Part shown: positions 1 to 12,922 of the stretch, in pieces | How positions within the stretch are numbered: position 1 is the first letter of the stretch | Layout of the letters: each line of letters opens with the position of its first letter | From: Schmidtea polychroa | Taxonomy: Eukaryota | NCBI GenBank assembly: GCA_044892525.1 | Contig: CM097885.1 | Location: 20,524,001-20,588,000, forward strand | Length of the DNA stretch: 64,000 bases | Direction: 5' to 3' | Made by a program: the position numbers and the translations under genes | The notes under the pieces: model-generated | What the model was told of the DNA's origin: nothing | Seen by the model: the letters and a program-made list of their open reading frames with translations, nothing else | Databases searched by the model: none

Positions 1-902
1 AAAAATATTTCTAAAAATAAAAATTGAAAGAAAGTCAATGGTATAAAATTAAAATATAACATTTCTATAATTTGAAATAGTTTCTAAACTTTTCAATTTT
101 AAATTATGAATTTATGGCATTTATGTTAGATTTATATCCAATAAAATTACAAATGATGGGGTAAAAAAGGGATTAGAAGCTCTAGTTGAACATTGTTTAT
201 CTTTTTAATAGATAATTGAAAAGAACTTTTTCATAATTAAAAATTCTCAATTAACAAATTTACAGTAATTAATTATTTAATATGGGATTTGAGTGTAAAA
301 TTATCCTTATATTCAGCTTCATTTTGCTGATCCCAGTATACTTCAGTTCTCTTCCATATGGAAATTGCAAATGTAAGCTGAAATGTGGAATCGCGATTTT
401 TACCATATTCCTCCATTAACTTTTATTTCTTTCAATTTCACCACTGATTATTTTTTCTATTGAATTTATTAAAAAGACAGTTTGAAGACAATAAATCAGT
501 AATATATCGATGTTTGTTGATACTCACTTGAAAAAGGCAGTGTTGAAAATTCGCGGGTATCAACATACATCGATATATTACTGATTTATAGTCTTCAAAC
601 TCTCTTTTTAATAAATTCATATTCCTCCAGCCTATATTGTAATTTTGAAATAAATTTGGTTTTAGTAACGTTATGTTTGATCAAACATTATTTGTGGATG
701 TACAAAAATGAACCACTTTGAATGTGTAGACATATTAACTTTCCAAATAATGATTTGGACTCATATGATGATGGGACTGAATGAAACGGGTATCTTGCAG
801 AATATGTCACTAGCAATCCAATTCCTCATTTTGCAAAAGTATTTTTATTTATTGTTGATGTGGAAGGGGCTGATAACTCATGATGTCTTGGATGACTTTC
901 TA

Positions 903-1334
903 TCAAATGACTTTTTTGAATCTGTTTATTTGCATTTGAAAAATGAAAAAAAAATCTCTTTTATTTTAAAAAAATAAGATTAAAAAATTTTTAAGGAAAT
1001 GTGAGTAAAATGAAATATTTTAATTTTAGAAGCTTTATTTTCTATATATTTTATTTGTCGAATTTTGCTAATAAATTGTAGACAATGATATTTACTACAA
1101 AGGATATTGATAAAAATAGATTAAAAACTTACAGTTTCAAAACGACACCCGCCGAGACTTCCTTATGAATTAACGAGTTTTCATTATTTTCACCGTCTAC
1201 ATCAAAAAGAAACTTTTTGTCATAAGAATATTTCACAATTGATTTATCTTTCACAATTACAAAAGTGAACTAATTTATCGGCAAATATGATCTGAATCAA
1301 TAGTTTTGTCGGGATTTTTATCTTTTCCGTGAGT
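903..1334 (-). other. Candidate spliced exons of an unidentified host gene or pseudogene
   Basis: Minus strand: tttttgatgtAG acceptor, 64-nt exon 1196-1133 (GENNENSLIHKEVSAGVVLK), GTAAGT donor. The next acceptor at 922 gives LFKKVI*. Another acceptor at 1335. No recognisable domain. Confidence 0.25.
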
Positions 1335-1588
1335 CTAAAATTAGAAATTATCAATTAAAAATAATATTAGAGATAAGAATATTTATTTTTGCATGATTGT
1401 AAATGTAAATTATTCAAAGATTTCTATTAAATGTTATTTAATTAAAAATTACACAAAAAACTTGTTTCATCAAAATAAGTCATTGAAAATATTTTTTAAA
1501 TTTATAATACTTGCTCATTTTCAAAATTCCTTGAGATACGGGGTGTGCTAAATAAGTAGTGAGACTCTATAGAGGTAAATAAATGTAC

Positions 1589-2423
1589 ACCAATCACCAC
1601 TGTACATTCACCAGATACATTTTCATTAAATTGACTCACTAATTTAATAAATTTCATTTGTATAGAAATTTATCTTAGCCATTGTGGAAATGGCTTTCGG
1701 GTAAGATCTTTAATTTTATGTAAATTGCAAGACTTGAATTTTAATCCATATAGATATGAGATCATTATTCAAGTTCTTAAATATTACTTTTAGTCAACAA
1801 TTGTATTATAAATTATTTTTAATTATTGTATTATAAATTTCATAAAATTTATTTTTAAGTATTTTGGAATTATTTTGATATAATGTAAAGTCAGATATAT
1901 TTTTAATTATAATTAAATGAGTAAATCAATCGCCAAAAATATGTATTGTTATAAAACATTTCGGGAAAATTCGTCGAGTATGAATAAAATAATTTCTCAA
2001 ATTATTTGTATTCATTTCTGAGCTTTATGTAGGATTCTATAATTAATTAATAGTGAAAGGTTGATTTATTTCGTCATTTTCTTGATAATTTAACGTAGTT
2101 TCATTAAAAATACATTTAAAAAAATTTTCACCAATCTTTTTTTCTCTTAAAATTTTCTAAAATAAAGTTATTATAGAAACGTATCTCAGTGGTGCATTTC
2201 TATGAATCGAAAGTTTGTTTGTGTTTTGTAGTATGTGTTGGTATTTGTGTACATTATTTATGTTTTCTATCACTTTTTAGATTTCGATAGTCTAAGGCGT
2301 ATCTCATTGCACTATCAATGAGAACATCAGCGTGAAATCAAAGTAAGTATGTATGTTTCTATAATGTAAGATTATTGATTTTTTACTTATATTATAGGAA
2401 ACGTATCTGAGTGGTTTCTGGTG
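1589..2423. mobile_element. Non-autonomous TIR element (TA-flanked, CACCAA.CACCACTG termini), same family as 4559-6009
   Basis: Begins ta|caccaatcaccactg and ends gagtggtttctggtg|ta. Internal blocks (aagacttgaatttt...cattattcaagttcttaaatatt) are shared with 4990-5430 and 60165-60435. Confidence 0.6.
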
Positions 2424-4079
2424 TATTTAATTTCACCGACAATAACCAACATATAACTTGCAAACTACATTAAAAAATAAAATAGAACTTTATAAAATAA
2501 AATACTCAAAAGGTAACTAATATTTAATTTTTCATTCTAGTCTTGAATACAATCATGCTCGAATTTGAAGACACTTTCATGCAGAAATATCTCAATATTG
2601 AAAAACGAAATTGAACTTTATTTTTCTTTAGGACAGGAACATTTATTAAAAATAAATTATTTCTTTGAAATATGTATTTTGCGTCATTTTTGTGAGATTT
2701 TCTTAATTAAATAAATTTATTTTCAACATATATTATAGGAAACGTATCGGAGTGGTTTCTGATGTAATAACCAAACTGTAAATATATATTCAGTTGTGTA
2801 TATAGGAATTTCTTTTAAGTAGTCATTACTTAATAAGGAAACTTTAGTACTTATTTTAAAATATTCATAGAACGCGTACAATATTGCAGTGTTATTCCTT
2901 TTTTTCTTTATGAAAAATAAGAGTGAAGTAGAAGTCCATACTGTGTTGAGTTTATACTACCACCTCAATGAAATAATAATTACATCATAAAAACTCCAAA
3001 ATTATCGGCCACTGATTTGATTTTATTTATGAATAACAACTTGTTATCCTTTCGAATTCTTCTTATGTAATATCCACCTTGCAATTTTCCTAACATCAAA
3101 CTTTTTAACCCAGGATTCAATAGTTATCTCTACTTAATTTTCAAATTTTACAAATTAAACTTCACGATTATAAACTTATTTTTGTAAGGAAAGAAAAAGA
3201 CCACTATTTCATATAAGCTTCACGAAAATAGACTTTAAATGACTGCAGAGAAAATAATAATGAGCTAGTATATTTTGCAAGAAATACATCAAAACTATTA
3301 ACAACGAAGACCTTTGTAAAAGCAGCATAAAAAAAGAATTGAGTAAATATAGAGAACTTTTTTCTCAAATTTCACCACTGATTTCTTTTCATTGTATATA
3401 TTAAAATAGCTTCACCTTGAATCAGTAAATATATCGATGTTTATTTGATATTCACGAATTTTCTTGAATATCAAAAAGATCGATATATTTACTGATTCAT
3501 AGTCTAGCTTTTTTAATAAATACAGTTATGTTATTGCAATCAACCGAAATTCGGTAAAAAAAAGATTTGTATAATAAATGATTATAAGTTTTTGTGAAAA
3601 AAATTAATTACAAAAATTCAAATTAATCTTCTTACTCAGCCGGTATATCGAAATATGAATAATTTAACTCTCAACAAACATTTGCCGCGTTTAATTATAT
3701 ACATATATTTAATATTAATATTCTAATTCCTTAGAAATAAGTTTATTCATATATTCAAGGAAAGAATTTGAAATGTTAAAATAAATTGTTTATTTATAGT
3801 CAAATTTTAATGGTAGTCATCTTTGTTTTATTGAAAGATTAATTTTATTTATTTTGGTAAATTTTTTATATAAATATTTACTACCAAGACATGGGTTAAA
3901 TTATTATAATTTATTATAATTTAAAAATAATTATTATGATTATATATATATATATTATTTTCTTGTTCCATTAAACGGGGAAAATTTTATTCACATTGCT
4001 TTTTTTTTGTTCACATTGCTTCACGTTTCTTTCGTCTTAGACCCGTGAGTTTCTTGTAACGTGGATCTAAGGTCACAGT

Positions 4080-6915
4080 CATTTGTTTGTGAAGTCGTTC
4101 AATGTTACAGTTTCGAATCGTGCAATATAACCTGGAACGTCATTAATCATCAGCAGTCAACGCAAAAAGGCCTCTAGCAGAACAAAGGCAGAACATGTTT
4201 AATATTGTTTACTCCTAACATATTCCATAGCATCTGCAAGTAATCCTAAGACTGACATATATTTGACCATTTCATCCCAATCTGATTCTGCCAGTTGAGA
4301 TTCATTGTAGTTTTTGGATGATCAATGTGATACTGCATTATGGGATCTTTGACTTCCAAAAATTTGGCTAACATCATGTAGATACTGCTCCAACAAGTTG
4401 CCACATCTTGCTGCAATTTGTGGACGATAACATCATATTTAGGCAAAGAGGCACTGAAATGGCTTCTCTTCAGTTCCGATACGTTGGCAGAGCTGTACTT
4501 TAAATTTCAAGTGTTGACATTTTGCCACAAGAGTCAGCTGCCTTCAAACCTGCTAATACACTAAACACCAATGAGAACCGTTTCCTATAATATATGAAAA
4601 AATCAATAATCTTACATTATAGAAACAAAAATACTTACTTTGATTTCACGCTGATTTTCTGATTTATAGTGCAGTGAGATACATCTTACACTATAGAAAT
4701 CTAAAAAGTAGAAGAAAAATTAAAAACTGCACACAAGCAAAACATATACTAAAAACACATACAAACTTTTCATTCATAGAAATGCACCGCTGAGATATAA
4801 TAACTTTATTTTAGAAAATTTTTAGAAAAAAAATTATATTGTGAAAAGGATTTTTGATTGGCGTTATCTTATAATTAAAGCATTGTCATGTATTTTTAAC
4901 TATTTATTGAAGTTAAATGTCATAAAATTCCTAAAAGAACCCTGAAAATTAATTATAGATAATTTATAATTATACTGTTGATTAAAGGTAATATTTAAGA
5001 ACTTGAATAATGATCTCATATCTATATGGATCAAAATTCAAGTCTTAAAATTTACTTCAAATGTAGCATTTTATCTGAAAGCTATTTGTAAAATGACTAA
5101 AATAAATTTCCAAAATATGATGAGAAATCATTGGTGAGTAAGCAATTGCTCTACACGCCAACCAGCACTACACCCGTTTGAAGTGAACAAACACATCTAT
5201 AATAAAGGTTGGTGTGCACAACCAATTATAGATGTGTCACTACAGTAATTCATAATGTGTTTCTGATGAAATAGTTACTTTAATGAAATAATGTAATTTA
5301 TGTTTAACTATTTTAGCCATTTTAGAAATGGATTTCAAGTAAAATCTTTTATTTAAAGTAAATTTTAAGACTTGAATTTTGATCATTATAGATATATGAT
5401 CATTATTCAAGTTCTTAAATATTACTTTTTATCAACATTTTTAATATAAATTATAATTAAATTTTAGGGTTTTTTAGGATTTTTATGAATTTCTATGAAG
5501 TTATTTGGAATTAGTTAAATATAATGTAAGTCAGATATATTTTTAATTATAAATAAATAAAGTAATTAGTCGAATTTTGTCATGTTCTATTAAAAAAACT
5601 AATAATAAATTTATTAAAAATTGAAGATAAATCTTACGAAATAATGTCTTCAAAAGTTGAGTTTTCAGGACCTTCGTCAAAATTTCTTCGGTAATTTTTT
5701 TCTAAAAATTTCTAAACATATCTGTAAATGATTAATTATAGTGCGTTTATTCATTACAACGATTCTATATATCGAAATTTTGCATGCATTTTTTATTATG
5801 TATTGTGATTAAATGTTTTATTTTATTTTTTCTACCACTTTTTCACTTTCTATATTAAATGCATTTGTTCATTGCAACGCTAAAATTCAACGCACAGGTA
5901 GGTTTGTATTTTTATATAATATACACGTATTGATTTTATTTTTACTTTATAGATGCGCTTGTTCACTGCAAACGGATGTATAGAGAATGTATCTCAGTGG
6001 TGTTTGGTGTATGCTAAGTTGAAGATAGTGTGCGATACATAGTATGAGACTAAAATCTGTTTGCCTGATAGCAGCGACCATGTTTCGTGCACTATCATTT
6101 ACGATACAGCAAATTTTATCAGTGATGTCCAATGATGCAGAAAACTTTGCATAGAAATTGGAAACGTTTTTGACTGTGTGTCTTTTGTCAACAAGTAAGC
6201 AACCTAAAGCAATTGATGGCAGTTTCCAGACGGAATCAATCCAGTGTCCCGTTATAACACAGTATGATTCATTGTTGTTTGAGTTCTAAAAGTCGGTAGT
6301 GAGAGCAATACTGTAAATGCTTTCTATAGCTTTATTATGTTCTGTTAACTTCTCTTCGTACATCTGACCAATGATATTTTCGATTGAACGGCAACTGGGC
6401 AAATTGTAGTTCTTGCTTTGAAGAGATATAGATAGTACTGTCTATAGTCCGTCATCTTTCACAATTTCTGTCGGACGTCTTGAACTGGCAATCCACTTTG
6501 CAATAGCAGTTTCAAGTCCGCTGAAACTTTGTTGCTTACAGGTTTCTTTAACTGACACAACAAAAAATTAGTTAATGATTGTACTTGAGAACTCTTCTGC
6601 ACGTCACTATGGACAACTTATATACGTATGCTGAAGGTGGTACGTCAGCGATGCATTTGAATCCTGAAAGACAAATTGTTTATGGCAGTGAACGCACTAA
6701 ATTTTGTTGCCTTCATCTACTTGTTTGCTCAACTTTCTGTTTAAATGCTTCACTTCAACTGTGCTTTTATTAGTCACCATTTTTATTTACGCCTGCACGT
6801 TTAAATAAATAATAATAATGTTTTCTTAAATCTTTATCTATTAAATTAATTTTAATCGATTAAACTTTTTATCGATTAATCGATTAATTAATCATTAATT
6901 AATCATTAATTGCCT
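4080..6915 (-). pseudogene. Degraded hAT (Ac/ZBED-like) transposase, split by a foldback insertion
   Basis: Fragments IALTTDF..SYCVITGHWID, CIVNDSARNMVAA, CIAHYLQL (CxxH) and LQQDVATCWSSIYMML. Removing 4559-6009 plus one TA restores HYLQLSILAGLKAAD in frame. Subterminal TAATCGATTA repeats at ~6850-6910. Confidence 0.8.
4559..6009. mobile_element. Foldback/MITE element with long imperfect inverted arms and TA TSD
   Basis: TIR cactaaacaccaatgaga / tctcagtggtgtttggtg, with TA on both sides. Inner arms ~4990-5057 and ~5357-5423 are near reverse complements. Confidence 0.8.
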
Positions 6916-9584
6916 AAAGTTTGTGTTAAATAAAAAGGTAAAATCAAAATAAAGAGAAATCGGAATCTAAAAACCGGTTAAATGTGAATCGAATGAAAAA
7001 TAATATTATTAATTTAATATTAAATTGCGTTTTTATAAATTACCGTTTTGTACAAAAGCATGTCTTAATATTGAGGAATTGAGGAATTGCATTTAATTAT
7101 GATTAACTATTTACATTAATTAATTAATTACATAAAGTGAGTTTGACATGAATTCATGTATAAATCTGTAGTGATATCTGAAATTGTGATATCATGATTT
7201 ATTTGCTGCTATGGCGCTGTGATTGTTGCATTTTATACATACTTGAGTCGAAATAGGTAGGTCAAAAACAAAAAAAACCTTCTTGACGCAACACAAGATA
7301 CAATGATTTATTTTACCATCTGACACTCGTTGAGTAATCAATGTTGGTAGTGTGTTGTATGTGTGAATACTCGCAAGAAGTGAGTCTACCCTTGAACACT
7401 ATAATAGTTGAACATTCCAATGAGTTCGCGGGTTGCCGATAGAAGGCATGTGCCCGAATTTAGTTAGGTCTCTTTATTCTATGTTACCTGACGTGAACCT
7501 GGGAAGATATATTCCCTTATGACTTGTCTCTCATGCTATGATGTGAGTCGGCGTAACCCTGTGGAAAATTCTTTTTCAAATGAATTTGAATTGGGAATGA
7601 AAATAAACAACATTAAAGTTTATTATTGTAAATGCGCAACACTAAAGTGACTATTTGACGTGTGAATCAGGAAACATGTGAGTGTCCTGGAGTTCGAATT
7701 TCCTTGCAGGCACGTCGGCGGAGGCGCCTGAGCTTACCCGGCTTATTACGCTTCGTATTTTTACTCAATTTGGTAGTCGTACGATGATTTGAGGTGGATT
7801 GGGCATTCGGCTTTTGTAATTGAGTTTCCGGCTTCGTTAATATTTGTTCCACTAAGTGTTATTCGATAATGTCGTGGTGCTCTCGATCTCCTTGCTGTCT
7901 GATCTGCACCTTGGGGGCTCGTATTTCCCGCCGTTCATGTACCGCTTGTAACTGTAGTATTTCGAGTTGTTGGAGACGTTCCCGCATCGCCTCGAGACAG
8001 AATCACGTCCCTTCCATCGTTGAATACCTCCACTTGGTTACGGAGCACTTCTACTAGTCACATCGCTTCCTCGCAATAGGCTCGCCTAACCTTTAATAGC
8101 TTTAACACTGGAATTAAATTCCAACACCTTTTAATATCACATTGTTATAGGTTTTGTAGATAATTTTAAGGTTTCGATCAATTCGCTCCCCTAGTGAATC
8201 TCCTTTGCAATCGGTTTTCCCCTTGTTTAATTCAGTGAATCTTTACTTTTAAATATTGATCCTTCCTTTGAAATGTTTTGGAAAGTCAACATTCTTTCAT
8301 AAATCAAATAACTAACAAAATTATCTATTTTTAATTGAATAAAAAACACTGTATATGTCATTGTCCTGGAAAGTTATTTAGAAGGACAGCCTTGTCCCAA
8401 ACTGCGCGGTTGTCCACATTTCTGTGGGGTTTCTCACGTCTTCTGCCATTTCTCATCATGGTCGCACAAATATTCGCCGTCGGCATTGGCAATGATGTCC
8501 AGGTCAATTTTCTCTTCAATGGGTCTCAACCTTGCGATTGTCTGGTTGATCTGTTTAACACCTTACGTCCGAGCAAGACTGGGCGAGTTTGAAGTCGGAA
8601 TTGTCGTATAATGTGGGCTCGACTTTTCGGGGAGCTTCTTTTTGTCTTGTCGTTTGAGCTGTTACGCTCGATACTAGCCTGCTTCATGAATATTTCTTCA
8701 CGTGTGATAATTTATCGGGTTTGACATTTGTTAGAAATCAAACTGCAAATTCTCGATCGGGTCTTTATATCAGAGCATGTGTCTGCACATTGTGAGTTAA
8801 TTTTCTATGTCCCATGCTCACGCCTCAATGTTGTTCCTTATCCACTGTATGCTGTTGGGTTTTCATTGTTCTGTTATCGTGATGTCCGGTGAACTTCTTC
8901 CTATGTGGGTATCTGATCGGTAGATGAATTTGTTAGTTGACACATCATCCTAGCTGGGGCGTGGCACTCAGTTACCTTCGGTTTTATCGTCGTACAAAAT
9001 AAACAAACAATTCATGTAATAATATTTAAAATTTGAGCGGGGATTCGCCCTTATTCCATAGATACATTCCCTTAAATTAGTTAAAATTAACGTTTGAAAT
9101 TTTTGACAGGGTTTGACATTTCTTTTTCTGTATATTTCCCTAAATTTGAAGTTATTCAAACATTTCCTTAAAGTTAATGTTACAATTGACGTTGTGAAAA
9201 TTTTGGCAGTGATCTGCCCTTATTTTACTCATTTAAGCATGACGATCTGACATATTATTGATATTTCTATTGTGTTCTGTTAGAAATTAGTGTCATATCA
9301 TAAAAGAGTGTAATTCTTCACCTATCACGGCCCACTAGACGCTAATGCGATGAACCCTTAGTGTTGTGTATTCAAACCAAAAGCTTGTCGAAATTGTTGA
9401 AATTGTTTTCGCTTTGAAGTAATCAAAAAGACTAAATCCCTTTCAACAATCGATTAACCATTATAATGTAATAACAAAAATTCTACTTACTAGTATGTCA
9501 TATAGTGGTAAGAGTTTTGGTTTAAAATTGTGACTAAAATACACAAATTGATTAAACTATGACTGAAAAACGTCGGTATATATA

Positions 9585-12500
9585 TTAGGGTGGGTCGAAA
9601 ATTTTTTTTTTCTCCAAACATGCCTAAAAAGTTGTGCTTATGCTAGAAAATGAAATATCCCTGCAAAAGACTGCTGTTTAAAAGGGTTTACAGGTCCCAA
9701 CTTTTGTTTGTATGTATTAGTACTATCCCAGTAAAAATGCTCGCACACGTGCCATTGTAAATTCATCCTGCAAGCAGTCACACGCTTGCAGAAAGACCAT
9801 TTTTGACATGCTCTATTCACAAGTCCAAGCTAACGCGTGCATGTATAGAGAGGTTAATTCACGGAAGCACCTTCACACAAGCACTCACAAAGACAATTTC
9901 TTCTGAACAATACTAACACACACACTACAGTCAACACATAATCCACATGGATACTACTAGTCAGTCTAAACTCAGATAATTTAATTTGTTTCGATTGGAT
10001 GTCAAGTGTTTGCTGGACCTAATTAAAAAAGTTAACTTGATGATTCACTTTTATTTTGCCAGAGCTGAGTACAGAAGAGCAGTTATGAAGGGACAGAGAA
10101 ATAAGCAATTTCGCAAAACAAGAAGTAAATCACGTCAATGTCTGTTTGGTCAAACTTGTGAACTACCCAGAAACCAATTACCTACTTGTGAAGATGTGTT
10201 TCGTGATTACTGTTACAATGAGAAATGTACGCAATTTCATACTGGCTTTAACGAACAAGCAACTCTTCTCGCAAATAAGGTGAAGGAAATTTATATGAAG
10301 GCAAGTATCCCAACTGTTGAGTTCAGTAGTATTGTGGTTCGTGTCAAGCGACTAATATCAAAAGTGCGTGAATTAGAGAAGTATCCAGAATGCAAGAGGT
10401 CATCTGCCAAATTTCAAGATAAGTTAAGCTCGTTTTCCAAATTGTTTGACATATGTTGCTGCAAATGTTTTAATGATGGTGCTCGTGGAAGAAGTCAGTG
10501 TACATGCCGATTGGCCTTGAAAATTCTTACCTTAGAGTGGGAGTTCTGGATTGACCAACAAACTACCAGAAACATGAAAATCGGAAATACGGACAGACAG
10601 GAAACCTCAAAATTGAAGAGAAAACAAACGAAAAGCAGCCCTACAGGAAAAGGTAAACAAATAAAATAATGGACACTGAAGTTAACGATCTACATCCGAC
10701 CTTAAGAAGTGACACGGAGAGTGAAGCCGCTAGTGATGAAAGTAAAGATAAGTTAGACAATTCAACAGAAAGCTCAGAGTCAAGCGTAGAAGAATGTGAT
10801 GAATTTCAAAATAGAAGACATTATCCTGAATTAAGTAAAGCTGTTGACAGATGTGGTGTGAGCAACAGAGACACGTGTTTGCTAGTAAACGCTTTTCTGA
10901 AAGATATGGAACTGTTATCCTCTCAAACAATCATCGATCCCGCAAAATTACGGCGTCAGAGAAAGTACTGGAGGGAGAGAGAAATTGAACAGCATTCAGC
11001 AGAAGCGAAAAACTTGATTTGCCTCGGTTTCGACGGGAAACAAGATTCCACCTTACTTCATAGGAGGATCCTAAAAGAGGAGCATTATGTGATTGTCGCC
11101 TTTCCAGGGGATACATATATCGATCATGTTGTACCTCAAAGTAGTAAAGCTGTGGATATTGGCAAAGAAATTATGTCAATCATCGTTAGCACGCAGTCCT
11201 CACTGACCCTTCAAGCAATTGTGTGCGATGGAACCAATACAAACACCGGAAAAAATAATGGAATAATCAGAAGACTCGAAAAAAGCCTAGGGCGACCTCT
11301 ACAATGGCTGATATGCTTGTTGCATGCAAATGAATTGCCATTCAGGAAGTATTTTTCAGTCGTCGATGGTGGAGAAACAAAAGGTCCAAAAACGTCACAT
11401 GGTGAAATAGGAAGCGTTCTTGATTTTGATCCAAAAGACAAGCCCGTAGTAGCCTTTATGTCCCTTCCTGGAAAGGTCGTAGATATTAGTGAAAATGTCA
11501 AGAAAGAATTGAACACTGATCAATTGTATTTCCTCAGAGTATGCTTGGCAGTCCAGAAAGGGTACCACAACAACAAGGATGTCCCTTTTCTACAAATGGC
11601 ACAACCAGGAAATTTGAATCACAATCGCTGGCTAACGAAAGATAATAGAATTCTGCGACTATATATGTCCGAAACTGCTCTATCTGAACCTCTCATGCGA
11701 ATAGTGAAATTTATTGTGAATTTCTATGGACCGTCATGGTTTTATATAAAGACTCACTCGTCATGCCAAGATGGTGCAAGAAATATTTTTTATATGCTCC
11801 AACTTCTGCAGGATTTGGATCCATCAGACCAAGAAATCATCTTTCCTGTCATTCAGAACAACAATTACTTCTCACATCCAGAAAATATACTCCTAGCTGC
11901 TGTTGGTGATGATGATGAAGAAATCAGAAAGTTTGCAACAGAAAAAATCATAACTGCAAGACAAAATTTAATTTGACGCCTCCCCCTCTTTTATCTCATA
12001 TATTGGATCATGAATTGAAGATGAATAAGAAAATTACATTAGAACAATTTCTCTGTCATTCTCAAGCCGTTGAAAGAGCCATCAAAGATGTTTCTTCTGC
12101 CAGTTGCAAAGTGTTTGGTCACAAGTCCAGACATGGTATGGTACTACTGTGTAAAAAATCAAGGAAGGAATTGCCCAAGGTGCAAAGCAAAGCTGATTTC
12201 ATGTGACTTCTTTTTATGCCCTCGCTAATACATTTCTAAACTTTTGGCTGGATGTTTTTAATAAAAAATAATTTCGAAAGTTGATTTTTGTCTTTGAAAA
12301 GGATAATTTAAATTTGGCCCTTCCTAATCACTGACGTTGTCAGGATATATTTCAATGCGGGATGAGGACACAGAATATACTATCTCAGCCCAAGAGAGTA
12401 AATAATATACTTATAAGCTCTTAAGAAAGCTACATCTAAATATGGACAAAGGCGCAAAACACATTCCGACACTAGCCAAATTACATTGTTTTCACACTTA

Positions 12501-12918
12501 TGTTGAACTGCATTTTCGGAGAAAAGTTGGGAGCAGTAAATGTCCATAAATCTAAGTAAAATGGTTTGATTCGATTTTTCTATACCAAAATACAACTTTT
12601 TAACCATGTTTCCTTTCTTGAACTCAAAATTTATTAACATTCGACCCACCCTAATATAATAGTAAATAATATACTTATAAGCTCTTAAGAAAGCTACATC
12701 TAAATATGGACAAAGGCGCAAAACACATTCCGACACTAGCCAAATTACATTGTTTTCACACTTATGTTGAACTGCATTTTCGGAGAAAAGTTGGGAGCAG
12801 TAAATGTCCATAAATCTAAGTAAAATGGTTTGATTCGATTTTTCTATACCAAAATACAACTTTTTAACCATGTTTCCTTTCTTGAACTCAAAATTTATTA
12901 ACATTCGACCCACCCTAA
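9585..12918 (+). mobile_element. hAT-superfamily (hATm-like) DNA transposon
   Basis: TIR TTAGGGTGGGTCGAA / TTCGACCCACCCTAA, 8-bp TSD TATATATA (9577-9584, 12919-12926), internal transposase. Confidence 0.85.
10085..12206 (+). pseudogene. DDE transposase (hATm-like), broken into three ORFs
   Basis: Motifs GFDGKQD, VCDGTNTNTG, WLICLLHANEL, HNRWLT, HPENIL and CHSQAVERAIK. Frameshift near 10660 and an apparent internal deletion near 11975. Confidence 0.85.
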
Positions 12919-12922
12919 TATA
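12397..12922 (+). repeat. Tandem duplication (264-bp period) of the transposon right end
   Basis: 12397-12658 matches 12661-12922; both copies end in the TIR followed by TATA. Confidence 0.95.

Noticed and set aside
9585..9590. TTAGGG/CCCTAA as a telomeric repeat
   Set aside because: Single units that form the hAT TIR; no array.
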